In this document: piece after piece, positions 62,543-64,000 of the stretch
How positions within the stretch are numbered: position 1 is the first letter of the stretch
Layout: every line of letters starts with the position of its first letter
Source: Saccostrea cucullata
Lineage: Eukaryota
Reading direction: 5' to 3'
NCBI RefSeq assembly: GCF_032062105.1
Contig: NW_026936636.1
Coordinates: 496,001 to 560,000 of the forward strand
DNA length: 64,000 nt
Translations under genes and position numbers: made by a program
Notes under the pieces: generated by a model
What the model was told of the DNA's origin: nothing
Databases searched by the model: none
Seen by the model: only the letters and a program-made list of their open reading frames with translations

Positions 62543-62584
<42 letters not shown>
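60968..62584 (-). mobile_element. HINE/Helentron-type element with ~8 units of the ~166-bp repeat
   Basis: Reverse-complement copy of the 3196 and 8701 family: ACAAGAGGCCCATGGGCCACATCGCTCACCTGAG at left, (GACA/GACG)n and GCTCACTTGAGCCTTCGGCTCAGGTGAGCTA at right. The unit GGTTCTTGAGAAGAAG recurs every ~166 bp. Confidence 0.9.
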
Positions 62585-62588
<4 letters not shown>

Positions 62589-64000
62589 TGTTATAAAAGA
62601 AATCATTGGATAGATTTCTTGATATACGGTATATGAATCCTTGGGTGGTTCATGCAATTTGTCTTATAATTGACTGTCAAATTTATATTATATAAAAAAA
62701 AAAACCTGTTGGATTACCAATATCACTAATAAATTGTATGAAGTATGTTTTTTAAATTATTTAAATTGGTTACAAAGCAATACGTTTTAATCAAATCAGA
62801 TCAATTTTTTGCAATATTAAATGTTGCTTGAGATTTTTTTGCACAATAAAGATCTATATGCACTGAAGTAATATTGTAAGAAATACAAGATTTTATCAGC
62901 ATAACTTCAAAATACATTGAAGAATGATTTTCTGTATTATTAAAGTCCCTTTTCATTCTAGAAGATGATGCAAAATAATCCTTATAAAACATTTTTTTTT
63001 TTTAAAAGATAAGTACTGTTTATATACTCAATTATCTTGTTTTAGCTAGCTTTATAAGAACATTTCAATTCTTTGTTTAAAATATTGAAAACATGCATGT
63101 ACAATTGTTTATTTCAAAATTCGAAAGAAAAGAAAAATAAACTAAATGTCGTGTCCATATTCTGGTCTGCATGATCTTTGAACTTCAGTATGAAAATACA
63201 ATCCTACGCTATTAATTCTACATAATAGAAGAGTGAGTGTAGAATGAAAGAATATTTGTAGAACATTAAAAGGATAAAAATATTGTTCAAAAGATGTCTT
63301 CATTTCATGTATAATTGATTATAAATTTCATGTACAAGGTTTTCTATACAAGCAATAAAACTCCCAAAGCACGCACATTGAAATGTCATCCCTGTTCATT
63401 AGTATTTCCTCTGTAAAGAAAAAAATAAGTTCAGAGGAAAAAAAACCATCAAGAACATCAAGAACCGAAATAATTATAGACGTATCCGCAATCAAGGGCA
63501 AAATATAGTACTGTAAGAACTTAAAAAAAACAGTATAAATGGTACTTTGGATAAATAGGATTGACGCAAAAATCAAAATAAATTTTCATCATCAAGATTG
63601 AAATCAGTAAAATTTATTTTTAATTTTTACCTATCGGGGTATTTTTAATCAAGAGATAATATTTTTTTTCATCTAATTTAAGCCTGATTTGAGAGATGTA
63701 TGAATATTTTAAATGTCTTCTTGAGAAGATTTACAACTTAATTTCATGTCTAATACCAATAGAACTAATAGAACACCTAATGCACATACTTTTAGTTATA
63801 CATTTAAGAAATATAAAGCTCTTGTGCATTTAGTATGGACAGACTGCTTTAAATTTAAATCACTTCATAAAAAGCAAAGTCCTCTTTTCTAAAAACAGAG
63901 TAATTTATGTCCCTCTATCAATCGCCATTCACGTAATCATACAGGAAGATTCCCGCTTGTCACGAAAAAAAAATCACGAAAGAACTGCGATATTTCAAAA

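Noticed and set aside
58400-64000. 5' coding exons of the NCS gene (myristoylation motif, WYKGF...CP)
   Set aside because: Not found by eye; they probably lie beyond the right edge of the window.

Overview
AT-rich, intron-rich animal genomic DNA, most likely an oyster-type bivalve (it carries the ~166-bp Cg170/HindIII-like repeat inside Helentron-type elements). I assembled ten spliced or single-exon genes by hand, in order: RABGGTB (-, 5' exons only), an SLC16/MCT-like transporter (+, one GC-AG intron), a RING-less TRIM45-like gene (+), a CUB-LDLa-TM gene that looks disrupted (-), TSEN15 (-) head-to-head with an intronless RING-H2 gene (+), selenoprotein J (-) head-to-head with DROSHA (+), POFUT1 (+), and the 3' exons of an NCS-1/frequenin-like gene (-). 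The strongest signal hidden from the ORF track is a complete selenocysteine-recoding unit. It has an in-frame UGA (28020-28022) at the SelJ Sec position, a canonical SECIS hairpin in the 3' UTR (26882-26967) and a poly(A) signal just beyond. Introns and intergenic DNA hold many non-autonomous mobile elements: HINE/Helentron-type elements with ~146-166-bp internal arrays, TA-flanked MITEs, a 6-bp-TSD TIR element and small hairpin elements. Exon coordinates were read by eye and may be off by a few bases. No database searches were run.
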